Positions 15,745-29,764 of a stretch of DNA of 64,000 bases are shown here, piece by piece. The position numbers were made by a program, and so were the translations under genes. How positions within the stretch are numbered: position 1 is the stretch's first letter; every line of letters starts with the position of its first letter. The notes beneath the pieces are model-generated. The model was not told the DNA's origin and did not search any database. It saw nothing but the letters and a program-made list of their open reading frames with translations. Source of the DNA: the human T2T-CHM13v2.0 reference genome, Homo sapiens; assembly GCF_009914755.1 (NCBI RefSeq), contig NC_060932.1. The stretch is one strand, 5' to 3'.

Positions 15745-15914
15745 ATTTTCTGTCAATTTACAGAATTGATGCTTTACTGAAAGGTTCAGGGAGTATTCAG
15801 ACAGTGCAAAAATGTTTTTGAATTTACACACAATATAGATTTAGGCTTAGATTATTCCAAATAGGTCTTTCACCCAACTGTATGTCCAGTGAAACATTTG
15901 AAAATTACATGTGA

Positions 15915-16075
15915 AATGGGATAACTTTTTGATGTATGGAACTGACCAGTGTATTGCAAGACGTCTGCTCCCCTTGGCCCCACCTACTAAATGCCAATTA
16001 CAATGATGGGTGAAATCCCACCTCCCCTAGGAGTGGCAGCTCTTCTCCATCTTGTCCCACATTGAGAACCACTGC
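15915..16075. mobile_element. hAT MITE remnant (MER20-like)
   Basis: 'ggataactttttg...tattgcaagacgt...ctactaaatgcca...ttgagaaccactg' terminal motif. Confidence 0.5.
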
Positions 16076-16802
16076 TTTATCAGCTTTCTTGTGCTTCAGT
16101 TCTCACCCTTCTGTCTGAGCTCACCTTCTTTCCCCAGTATCCAGGATCTCTCTCTCTCCTTTTTTCTTTTTTATTCTCTATCTCTTATAATTCGGCATTT
16201 CAACATAACAAAACTTATATTTCTCTCTTAACTTCTTTATGCTAGCCTGGCACACTTGGTCCTCTGAATTATTTTGCTTCCAACTCAGCCTGGGTTGAAT
16301 CCTGAAGGAGTCAGCAAGGCTTAGAAAAATTTCTTGGAACCAGAAACTCATGTGGAAGTCATTTAGTTTAACCCTCCTTTTCTACATGATCAAACTGAAG
16401 CTTAAATATGTGCAGTGACTTGCCTGGGGTCCCACAACAAGTAAGTGGTAGTTTCAAAACAGGAACCTGAGTGTCTTCCACTATCCTTATACCTAGCTCT
16501 CTCTTGCTCAATAAGCCAATAAACCAAGCAACAAACCCTTATTAATGTCAAATGTAAGGCACTTTGTTAGGAATGCCTTACACTTCCTGAATTTAAGTAC
16601 AATTGGAAAGATAAGAAATGGCAATAAAACAATGATTCCATTTAACAAAGTGTATGTCTTGTATTCCAGTTTTGCACAAGACTTTGTGCTACATGTTTCA
16701 GGAGATACAATGAACGGCAGCAGCTTCAGCCTACTCTTCCTCTAGAGCACATGGTCTGGTAATGAGATAAGACCTTATTATAATGCAAGGTAGAACCAAA
16801 CA

Positions 16803-16950
16803 CAGCCGACACTTGAGCAACATGAGTTTGAACTGTGCAAGTTCACTTATACAGAGATTTCTTTCTACCTCTGCCCTGCCCCCAGATGACAAGACCAACC
16901 CCTCCGCTTCATCCTCTTCCTCAGCCTACTCAATGTGAAGACTATGAGGA
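16803..16950 (+). mobile_element. Tigger2a-like 5' terminal fragment
   Basis: 'cagccgacacttgagcaacatgagtttgaactgtgcaagttcacttatac...aagaccaacccctcc...cctcagcctactcaatgtgaagac'. Confidence 0.75.
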
Positions 16951-17545
16951 TTTTTGTGTATGGTGTGAGATAGGGGTTCAGTTTCATTCTTTTGTATATT
17001 GGTATCTAGTTTTCTTAACAACATTTGTTGAAGAGACTATCCTCTCCCCATTATGTATTTTTTGGCATCTTTGGATGCATGGGTTTATTTCTGGGTTGTC
17101 TATTCTGTTCCAATGGTATATACATCTGTCTTTATGCAAGTACTGTACTTTTTATTATGTCTTTGTAATATAATTTGAAGTCAGGAAGTGTGATGCCTTC
17201 AGCTTTGTTCTTCTTTTTCAAGATTGGTTATTCAGGGTCCTTTTGATTCCATAGGAATTTAAGAATATTTTTTCTATTTCTTAAAAAGTGCCTTTGGGAT
17301 TTTGATAGAGATTGTGTTGAATATGTAGATCATTTTGGGTAGTATGGACATTTTTACAATATTAATTCCTCCAATCCAGGTACATAGGATTTGTATCTTC
17401 TCATTTATTTGTATCTTTTTAAATTTCCTTCATGAATGCTTTGTAAGCTTCAGTATATAAGTCCTTTACTTCTTTGGTTAAGTTAATTTCTAAGTATTTT
17501 ATTTATTTATTTATTTTGTTGCTAATGTAAATGGGACTGTTTTCC
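16950..17545 (-). mobile_element. L1 ORF2 segment, antisense (inverted 5' part of the adjacent L1)
   Basis: Classic antisense ORF2 text: 'ttgaagtcaggaagtgtgatgccttcagctttgttctt', 'gggtagtatggacatttttacaatattaatt'. Confidence 0.85.
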
Positions 17546-18385
17546 TGTGGAGAAAAGAGAACCCTTATACACTGCTGATGAGAATGTAAATTAGTAAAAC
17601 CATTATGGAAAATGGTATGAAGGTTCTCCAAAAACTTAAAAATAGAACTAACATGATCCAGCAATCCTAGTTCTTGGTATCTAAAGCAATCGAAATCAGG
17701 ATTGTGAAGAGTTCTCTGCACTATCATGTTCATTACAGGATTATTCACAAAGCTAAGCTATGGAAATGGCCTAAATGTTTTTCAACAGATGAATGGATAA
17801 AGAAAATGTGGTGTGTGTGTGTGGGTGTGTGTGTGCGTGCGCGCATGTGTGTGTATAACAGAATACTATTAAAAAAGAAGGAAATCCTGCTGTTAGCCAC
17901 AACATGATGAAGCTGGAAGACATTATGCTAGGTGAAACAAACAAGACACAGAAACAGAAATCCTGCATGATCTCATTTATATGTGAAATTGAAAATAGTC
18001 AAATTTATAGAAGCAGATAGTAGGATAGTGGTTTCCAGGGCCTGGTCAAGGAAGAAATAGGGTGATACTGGCCAAAAGATACAAAGATTCAGTTATGAAA
18101 TATGAATAATTTCTAGAGACCTTATGTACAGCATGGTCATGTTAATTAACAAAACTGTATTGTATACTAGTAATTTGCTGAGAGGACACATCTTAAATCT
18201 TCTCACTACACACACACACACACACACACGCACATAAACAATTGCAACTATGCAGAGGTAATGGATATGTTTAATTAGCTTGATTGTGGTGATAATTTAA
18301 TAACGTATACTAAAACATCAAGTTGCACATCTTAAATGTATACATTTTTGTATGTCGATGATTTCTTAATAAAGCTGTTTAAAAA
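17546..18385 (+). mobile_element. L1MA8/9-like ORF2 end plus 3' UTR, containing (GT)n at ~17812-17855 and (CA)n at ~18208-18234
   Basis: 'tgtggagaaaagagaacccttatacactgctg...gatgaatggataaagaaaatgtgg...aattagcttgattgtggtgat...aataaagctg'. Confidence 0.85.
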
Positions 18386-20817
18386 TGAGACAACCAGGTG
18401 GACAGCTCCATGGAAGCAAGACAGAACTCCCTCGGGAAGTGGAACTTGAACACTGCCTGAGTACACAGTTGGGAAGATGATCAATTTTGATGTCGGAGTC
18501 GCTCGGACTTTAGCAAGGAAAGGGAAGGCTGTGAGCCAGATGCTGGGGTCACTCAGGAAAGCAAGAAAGTGTTAGAAACAGTGCTATATGGAGTCCAACA
18601 CCAGCAAAGCTCTTGGATAATAATCACAAAACAGTGGTCGAGAGAAGTACTGGAGAGAACGGAAAAGCCGATCCCACTTTCGTTCAGTTAAGGGACAGGA
18701 ATAAGAGAAAGATACGTTGAGAAGATTACAAGAGAAATGGTGTCTTCAGAGAAAAGGCAATGGTCACCTAATGGTAGAAGCAGAGGTACAAATAATTTTT
18801 TGATAAGATCTGTGCAGGTTTTTAAAATATAGAGTCTCAAGGAATAGGTCGTACAGGTTCAAGTTAGACAAACGTAAGACAAGAGGTTAAGACTCTCTGG
18901 ATACGGATGAAAATAAGGGCCTAGGTGCAGGGAGAGTGGTATCTGAGATTTAAGACTTTGATTTTAATGACCAGGGCTTGGGAAGAAGAGGATGGAGGAG
19001 GGACTTGTGAGCAACTAACAAAAGAGGAATGTAAATTAGGCAGAAATCAATGAATGTAGGAAGTGTTGGGTTTACATGATGACCACTGTGGGGAGCTCCA
19101 GCCCATTCCTCCCTTAGGAGCACAGGTTCCGGAGCTCGGCAGAGGAGTTCAAATTTTCAATCTCTTCACTAGTTATGGGACAAGCCACTTAAATTGTGTT
19201 GGAGGATTAGCCGCTTAATCTTTCCGTCAAATGGAAGTCATGAAATGGGGATAATTACAGTTGCGAGAATTAAATGAGCTATTACATATCACGTGTTTTT
19301 GCGTCATCAGCCCAGAGGTTGTGTAGTTACACCAGGCAACAGTACCAAGACCGTGAGTGCAGCTGAGCAATGGTGCTCAGGGCTTGAGGCTTAGTATGAC
19401 AAGATAAACTGTTAGCAGGTGTTGACTCTTCCTTTAGGACAATGTGCTCTTTGGGGATTGTCTTTTTCTCCAGCACTGCCACGCGACCCATATAGTAAAA
19501 ACAAGGTGAAGGTGCCTCCAATTGTCTTTTCCAGGAAGAACCAATTGACACGAAGTCCGGGACCAGGAGCCCTGGCCTCCCTCGGACTTTGAATGAAATC
19601 TGCTCCTTCTCTGAGGTGTGCATCTCCTCCCTTGTCTCTTCTCGCAGTAGAGTGGTGGGATGCTGGGATTGTGGTGAGGATCTGGGCAACAAAGCCAGGG
19701 GCACACATCAGCCCGCTTCAGACCTGGCCTTGGGGCTTGGGAGGGCTCATGGCTCACTCGTGGTCCAAGACCGCCATGGGCGCACAGGCCTGGAGCGCAG
19801 TAGGCTATGAAGACAGTGCGATGACACCAAAGGGACCGCCCACTCTAGCGGGAGACGGGAGGAGAGAAGAAACTCCTCCACTCTCTGTTTCCATTCCTGG
19901 AACATGTCTCTGGACACACAATCTCTCAGCTTTTGCTGGGCTGTCTCCACACATATTGCTTTGGGATAAGAATACGGGCTGCCGGGCACCACCACCAAGG
20001 GCTGGACAAGCATCAGGAAGTTTCCTCGAAGTATCTACTTGCAGTGGTGCCCTTGTGCGGGTCCTGGGCCTCCTCATTATCATTTTATTGCATTTCTCTT
20101 CTTTGCACCCTGAGGACTTTTTCTAGAATAAACATAAAACCAATTACTTTAGAAATAAAATGTGTTTTTCGTTAAAACCCCATTCTGGCTCCTCCAGTCC
20201 CAACAAGGCATTTCCTGATTGAACTAATTGGCTTTCAAGTTATCAATGATACTGTTTCTTTACAAGGAGGTAAACGTATAGGACATCCCTGTGTCCAACT
20301 AAAAGCCCTCCTACCACCCATATGAAATGAAACTTTCCTTTGGGAAGCTTTAAGGAAAATGCAAGTATAAGAGGGAAAGTTGTTCAGAACTTGAAGAGAA
20401 AGCCTCTCATCCTCCGTGTGGACCACATTCCTTCCACTTACCCTCATCCAAACTGTCATCCTCCCCACTAAGGTGTCCTCCCTCATCCTATCAGCCAAGG
20501 GAAATACACATCTAAGACTAAGAAAAACATGATCTCTTAGCCTGCCCAAGTTGAAGGCACCCAGAATTTGTCCCAAGAGCAAACTTCTAGAATTCTCAAC
20601 AGAGAAAACCCAAGCAGAGATCTTCCAGAGCAAGCCATTCTCCATCACACCCCTGTCCAGCAAGAAGAGAGCCATGGTTAACACAAGCACCTACTGCACC
20701 ACAGTTCTCAATTCTGGCTGCACGTTACACTCACACACGAGGAACTTTGACAACTTCTGATGCAAGGGTCCCATGCCAGAGACTCGGATTTAAGTGGCGT
20801 AGTGTGAAACCAAGTCA

Positions 20818-21410
<593 letters not shown>

Positions 21411-22313
21411 GTTCTAGAACATCAAAATGTCAGAGTCAAAACTCAGTTTTTCTACTAACCGAGGAAGATTGTTCTTTCCAAGTCCACTTGTCTCATCTTC
21501 TCCCTGAGCTACAGACCTCACAGCAGAATTCAGTCATCTAGGACTCCTTGGCTCCCAAGAGCAATGCCAGTATTAAACTACACGATGACAGGGGCTTTCA
21601 TTCATCACTGCAATAGGAAAGATGACATTCAGTGATTCCCTGATTTGCCCTAAATCTCACAGCAAGGAGCAGAGTCATGATTTTAAACCAGGCTTGTTTC
21701 TATCAAAACACAAGCTCGCTTATTCAGCCCAACCACTCCTTCACTGGGACTCCTGGCCACATCAGAGCTTTCTCCTCCAAGAGTAAAGGGCCTGAGATGT
21801 GCTCTGCTGACCACAGGGTTTCCATGTCAGCCACTCCTCTTACCTACCGCATTCTGACCCCTTAACTGCTACCATCTTCAATGTCAGCTACTGCAAAAAA
21901 AAAAAAAAAAGAAGAAAAAAACTGCATGGATGCATTTCAGTAAACTTGCCTTGTGGTGGCCAAGAAACAAAGGGAAGTTCCATCCTCTGAGTGGCTGGTA
22001 AGACTTGCTCGCAGGGGCACTTCCTATCAAAACATTGCCTGGACCTTAGGAGTAAGGTGCCTTAGAGGAATGCAAAGAAAGGAATCAGCTCGTGCAGTGG
22101 ACAGGAGCTCAGGCAGCTTCTAAGACATGAGTTTCCAAGGGAAAGGCCACAGGTTTGGGGCTCCTGTGGTGTCCTGTTGCCTGAAGAAAATTAGCTTATT
22201 TTGTATCATTTTAGTACCTGAGAGAAAACACGTGGCCTCCATTTGACTGCCATTGGCTTGATTTAAACTTAAAATTGTATGCAAGTATGAGCAAGTTTCT
22301 CTTTCCTGCTCTG

Positions 22314-22344
<31 letters not shown>

Positions 22345-22347
22345 CAC
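22314..22347. repeat. (TG)n microsatellite
   Basis: Directly visible. Confidence 0.95.
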
Positions 22348-22603
22348 ATGCTAGCAGGAGGGAAAGGATTGAGGAAGGAGGAAATGGGAACTAAGAATAT
22401 TCCTAAACACAATGAATGTTTACATTTTAATTATTTTCAATTATGTTTTCATAAGCCATCAAAAATGGTACAAGAAGATGTTTAAGGGGTAAATTTGGAG
22501 TACATTCATCCCAGTCTAGAACATAAATAACTCATATCATGATGCCACTGGCTATCAAGTGTAGACTTTCCCCAATATCTTCCATATTGTCTTATGTACC
22601 TTC

Positions 22604-22741
22604 TTTTTTAAAATTTATTTTTCGTACAGATGGGGTATTGCTAAGTAGTCCAGACCTGTCTTGAATTCCTGGCCTCAAGCAATCCTCCCTCCTGGACCTC
22701 CCAAAGCACTTGGATTATAGACCTAAGCTACCATGTCTGGC
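22604..22741 (-). mobile_element. FLAM (free left Alu monomer)
   Basis: 'cagatggggtattgct...tcttgaattcctggcctcaagcaatcctcc...cccaaagcacttggattata'; monomer only. Confidence 0.8.
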
Positions 22742-24682
22742 TTTATTTACCTTCTTAAATGTATTCATAGTCACCCAGTGTCACTACTCTCGTTTTGTTT
22801 TGTCACCCTTTCCTGTCTGGTGAGTTGCTGCAACTATGAATCCCAGGCCAGTGGCCTGAAGACAAAGCAAATGGCTTTGAGCTGCTGGATCCTGGACAGG
22901 CCAGGGCTTCCTCTATAAACACACAGAAATCTAACTGCACCCCAGTACATCATCTCACAAACAATGCAGAATGGTTTTCTGTTTTAATGTCAAAATTATA
23001 ATTAATATTACTATCTAATAATTTGGGACTTTCTCTCCAAATAATGCTATTATCCAGTCCATGTTTTGGTAGTGGCGATTTTATTCTCATGGACTAATAT
23101 GGCCACAACCATGATATAAATAGATAAAGGCAATTGGTTAATTTCCTCAGTTCTGCAAAAATCCAGGACACCAGCAAGAACAATTTTTTGATGGAGAAAC
23201 ACTGACTGTATCCACTTAGGCCACAAGCCAGGGTCTTTTAAAAACTATGAATCAGAACCTAAAGCCCAAGTTGGAGACTCCTCTTGCTAATGGTGTGATC
23301 ACTTGGCTTCTCTTGATCATGACCCCTTTGATCATGACTGTCAGCCAATGAGGAAGCTAGATGCAGACTTTCTTTTGACTGAGGCCCTGGAGAAGCCAGG
23401 AAGTAGTGATGAGGCCCACTCTGCACGGCGGTCTGCTTGCAAATCCAGCTCCCCATTTTGGGGGTGAAATGAGAAGCAACAGCTCACTCCTTTCCGCTCC
23501 CTAATGGCTTTATACCTGCTTTGTCTTGATTGCTGCTGCCTCAGACTGCTCCTTAATCCCGTAAAACAAAAGACTCTACTACCTGTTGAAAGGCATGAAC
23601 ATGCCCAGAGTCCACTGCCATTTCCAACCCAATGGGGTGCATGGGGTGCCACTCAGATTGTGCGTGCAACTGGTCAAACATTGAGCTGTTTCTTGTCCCT
23701 TACCTGTAAGGATGGGGCTAGCTTGGGCCAGAACTACATGAAGCATTTGGCTGAGTTTATTTGGGCTTGATTTCTGATTACCACGCCAGTTGCCCAGGGG
23801 ACAGGCAAATCACACACAGGTGATGTGATCTGATTTTTAAGAAGTGGTCTGATTAGTTCACTTGTTTTAACAACCCAATCAGATCGACTAGGTGGCAATG
23901 CATTGATTTTATGGCCCCGCCTGAATCAATCTGAATAAAACCATTTAGTGGCACATATAAACACAGCTGAATGTAGACAAGTAGGATGAAATCTTTCCTT
24001 TAAGCTCTTGAGGAATAGAAAATAAAACTACTTAGATAGTGTCTCTACCGAGGAGATTATGTATATAAGGCTAACGCGACCCTGGTTTCCTTGGTTTCTA
24101 TTATATCCTAACTCCCTAAACAGAATTCAACTTCTTTTCCGAGTTTCATTCCACAGACATCCCTTCTTTGCATACATTAAGCTCCCAAATATGTGATTGT
24201 GATAGGTAAGGACAGAGGACAAAAGGCACACATGTAAACTGTCAAAGAGTTTATTTCCACAGGGATTATGAAATCCCTGGCCTCTGACCCAGGGCTCAAA
24301 GACAGATTGATTATTTTCTGAAATAAAATTGATCCAACAGAATATATGCAAAACAGGGATTCTAAAAGATTCTTGGCCAACACCATTTGACTAACAACTT
24401 ACTCCTGCGCCTTATTAACAGTCACACTCCTTTCTAGTTGGACAAAAGAGTGATGTTTCAGGGCTTTTCTTTTGACTGCCCCCTGCGGAATGGCCAGGTC
24501 TCTGCTTCATGACTCTTCATGCTCCTTAGACATCACTCAAATCAAAAGGCCAGTTGATTACAGTTCTGGAATTAGAGTGCAGCACATATTCCTAATGACT
24601 CTTCTTTCCTGTTGGCTGTGCCCTCCCTACGACTCAGTTTTCTCATCTGTAAAATGAGATGGTTGACGTGAGTCATCTCTAA

Positions 24683-25030
<348 letters not shown>

Positions 25031-26968
25031 CCACTGTGTGATTTTAATAATACATTATGCTGGTATTTGCACAGACATTTCTATCCTGCACAGCAATTTT
25101 GTATCTATAACCTGCAATGCTCCTATTCTGTTGTCCTAGGAAAACAGACCCTTCAATTTCTTCAGAAATATTGGCATGTCAGATTAGATCCCCAAGGGGC
25201 CCTCAGACTTAATATGGTAATATGCTAAGTTCCTAGGGCTGCCATCACGCTGACCATTGGATTTGCAGCTGATTCTGGATTCCTTAGGCACGATAATGCC
25301 TTGTTTGTTGAGAGTTAATGCCACCTGCCAGTGTTTGATGTGGCAAGGACTGTGGCATGAGGCAATGAGCTCTAACCATCTTGTGTTGAAAGAAAGAAAT
25401 TTTCTTCCTTATAACTCAGCTTTTATCAAGACTTTAAAATGCAGCCAAGGCATTAAAGAGAGAGAAAAAAAACTTTGGAAGGTTTTTATACTTTTTGTAA
25501 AAAAAAAAAAAAAAAAATTTCTTTCATTTTTTTTAACCACTACCAAAATCTCCTCCAAACACACAGACCCTACAGTATCCCTATTAAATTATATAGAGCG
25601 AGTCCAGCCCTTGACTGTCAGTGGGGCCCATCAGTCCTAATTTATCGCCCCAGGAAACACAGTACAATTATGGTAATAAATAATAATAGGATTCAGTACA
25701 TGACAACATGAATGATGGAGCCTCTCAGAATTCATTTACATTGCTTTGTGTTGCAATCATCATGCCTCTAATGTAATGCCAAGCAAATGAGCCCCTTTGA
25801 ATATTGTGCAATCTATTGCAAGTCAACTGGCACAAAACTCACTCAATAAATCATGTTCAAACACATGCCTGTAATGACAGGTAAATCAACAATGAAGTAA
25901 TTGCATTTAATGTATTGAAATACTGGACAAAAAAAAAGTGACCTCAAAGTGACTTTTTGTAAAAGGTATGATACAGTTACAACAAAGAGTGAAATCCTTC
26001 CTGAGAGGCACGCCTTGCTTAGATGCACATGCCAGAACCGATGATGATGCTGTTCCCCAAGCAGTTCTTGATTTACCTCTTTTCTCTGCAGTAATCATGG
26101 GATCAGGATGCCAGAGGCTTCAAGCGTTCACTACCTTGAATGTAATAGTCACAGGTAGAATGGAAGTCAGCCTCAAGTACAGCGAGCTCTTTTGTGCCTG
26201 AGCCATCACCAAGCTCTAAGTTTTGTAGCCAACTCTAAAGGCAACCTGATGAGGAAGAGAGAGAAAGGGTCAGGAGTCAGAAGGGCTGCATCCTTGCCCC
26301 AGCTCTGGTATTCACTAAATCACTGCATGACTCTGGCCAAGTCACACTACCTCCCGGTCCTTTGTCTGTGAAATAAAGTTGTTGGACTGTCATGGCCAAA
26401 ATTCATTGCAATTCTAACATTCAATGAAGCTCTGATTCTGATTAGAGGCCTTCACTTTTAAGCAGGCAGAAGAGTTCCCTGCTCTTCCTGGAGCTGTGCT
26501 GTTCCTGAATGTTGAAGGTACTGGTTTAAACCAGCATGCATCTCTCTTCATCACTGCTGTTGGCCAGGCCAAGTGTATGTGCTTCTAATTTCTGTGAATC
26601 CTGGGTCTGCCCCTTTCTGGGCAAGCAGACAAGTCTGAAAATAGGGCCCCAGGGGCTGTGTGGATAAATAACAGACAACATTGAAATGACAACCTTCCCT
26701 TCCTTCCCCATCGCATCCACCCCAGCTCCCCTCTTCCCAGGGACAACGTCAAGAAGAGATGAAGCAGAGCCTCTGCAAAGCCAAAGGCCACTTAAGGAAC
26801 TTTCCTGCTCTTGTGAAAAACTCATTCTTGGCTAAAGGGCTCCCCAGGCCTCCCCACTAACCCGCCTTCCTCTCTCTGCTCAATCATCAGTCCCTGACTG
26901 TTATCAAAGTAGCTCCCACAAACCCCATAATCTTGGAGATGTGGAGACATGAAAAAGTAGGGAAAAAA

Positions 26969-27185
26969 GAGCACTAAATTTAGAGTGAGAAGATCTGGCT
27001 TTAAGTACTGGGTCCATAGTTTATTCGACATGTGACATTGTGCAAGTCCCTTAACCTCTCTGTGCTTCCATTGCTTCATCTGTAAAGTGATAATAATACT
27101 CACTGTGTCTCCAATGAGGCTGTTATGAGGACAGGATGATATAGATGAAAAGGCTTTGCTAGTTGTAAAGCACAATACAGAAGTC
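26969..27185 (+). mobile_element. MIR SINE
   Basis: MIR core 'tgtgacattgtgcaagtcccttaacctctctgtgcttccattgcttcatctgtaaagtgataataatac'. Confidence 0.8.
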
Positions 27186-27259
27186 TCATTTTTGTCATAA
27201 TTTGGGAGAAAAGAACACTCTGACACAAGTTTACTGTGTTCTGCACTCAAACAGTGCTT

Positions 27260-27440
27260 CTTATCATAAAAGCAATCATCTTGTTTATTTGTCTGGGTAT
27301 TTTTATTGTCTAACTCTCCTGAGAGTCTGAAGGAACTTGGAGAGTTTGTTCATATTGTTCATACGTTACTAGCACCTAGGACAATGTTAATAAGCATGTA
27401 TTGAATATATGAATGAATGAATGAATGAATGAATGAATGA
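27260..27440 (+). mobile_element. L2 3' end with (TGAA)n tail
   Basis: 'tagcacctaggacaatg...tattgaat' followed by (gaat)n at 27409-27440. Confidence 0.65.
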
Positions 27441-29298
27441 CAGCTTTTCTTTCCTTTAGGAAATTACAACAAAACACTGAACTTCATGGTATTTTTCAAA
27501 AATATATTTGATGCGAACCTGCCCCAACCTGTAAACACAGCCTCCTGCTTCATTTACTTTTGGTGCTGAAATGGAGCTGTTTAGAGGGAGATGGCTTTGT
27601 GAGCAATGACCCCTACTGGAAGGGTAGCAATTGGAAAGTCTTTCAAGCCCACTAAAATGCCTTCTGAGGCCAAAACTGGGCCACAGTTTCCCAGGCAACA
27701 ACAGTCTAGAAAATGACAGCTCACTTCAAAGCAGGAAGGGATCTGGGAAGCTGGAAAAACCCACAGACATTTCCATATTAGAGAGATGTAGGAAGTCATG
27801 GTTAATATAACCACTGAAAACCCTTAAGTGAGAGCTAACAGGTTTCTATTCCTAGTGTCTTCAGTCCATAGACCCCATCCACCCTCTTTAGGATGTCATT
27901 CTGTCACCGAACCACGAAGGCTTACTCATAGATTACCTGTGTTCCTTTGTGAAGCAGGCCCCGCTCTCCTGATAGCTCCCATATGATACACCCTGATTAG
28001 CAAGGCAGCATCAGGCAGAACAAAAGCTCCATTAACCAGGGCTGGTGGGCGGGAAGGCAAAACCAGGGGCCCTGAGAGGGGAGAGAATGAAACAGAAAAA
28101 CTCTAATTTTAGAAAATTGTTACCAGTTGCAGGATGATGAGAATGTTCCCTAAAGATGGGAACATCAGGAATAGAGGGACCCAGCTTTTCTACCTGACCT
28201 GTTGGCTCTCTGATGGGAAATGCTGGCCATGTAGCTCTTGGGTTTTCTCAGCACTGCTGGATTCAGATTGCTCCTGGAAGCAAGACAGGTGTTCGACAGC
28301 AAATTACTACCAAGTAACAAGTTGCTACTTGGTAGTTACAACTCAAAGGCCACACCCTCCACCCTTGAGATTCAAAGGTCCCCTTCAGAAAACAGCCAAG
28401 GGCAAGCCGCCTCTAGGGTTAAGGAGGAGGAAGATGGCACCCTATGTCACAAGGCAGCCTCAGGCTGAAGGTACAGGTCTTCTGATAAGTCCTTTTCAAC
28501 AAAACACGGTATTGAAGCCAATGGATTGTAGTCTGACCAGTCAGTATGAATGATGAATGGGTACCCCAAAACTCCCACAATTCAAAGGACTGCCCTATCT
28601 CCCCAATTCAGCTTCCCCCAAGTCCCTTTTCTTTACTGTCGTTTCTACCATCAGCTCCCTTCCATCCCCATCATCTCGTTCCTCTCAAGAACTCGGGGAC
28701 AGGACATAAGCTCCTGCCTTTCACCATTTGATTCAGAAGCTCCCAAGAGCCAATGAGCTGCAGCCCTGCCTGGGAAATGGTTCTGCTCAGGCAGCTTGAT
28801 TAATGACTGAGGGTCAGCAGATGTCACCTCTTCCACTGAATCCCCAGGGTGCGTGCACAGCCCAGCTGGAAACGGGACACCAGAGGGCTCCGAGTGAACA
28901 CAAGAGCCAAGGGCAAATCCACATGATGCCCAACAGGCAGGCCTTGCACTGGCTTTCTCCATCTTCCTTTTAGAGTGGATGCTTGATGTTCATTCTTTAA
29001 AAGGACCTCTCTTCTTGGAGAATACCTAAATGAAACATGCAAACTGGTGAGGAGAAATTATGATCTATGATTATCTGGATGCCCCAGGACCCCAGGCAGG
29101 TACCTGAGGAATCTTAGTACCTGAGAGGAACGCCTATAGGTTTTAATGGGAATTTTCCATAGATGAGCATTCGATTTTGTTCTTGTTGTTGTTGTTTTCT
29201 ATAAATACCCCTTTCTTACTTACAAGAAGCAATCATATATTCTGCTAAAATGGACTGAGATTATACTTTATATTTTTCAGCCACTCTCAAGAATTTCA

Positions 29299-29764
<466 letters not shown>

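Noticed and set aside
19593-20126. 177-aa ORF and overlapping ORFs
   Set aside because: No recognisable domain or exon structure. Several overlapping frames on both strands are explained by local GC richness.
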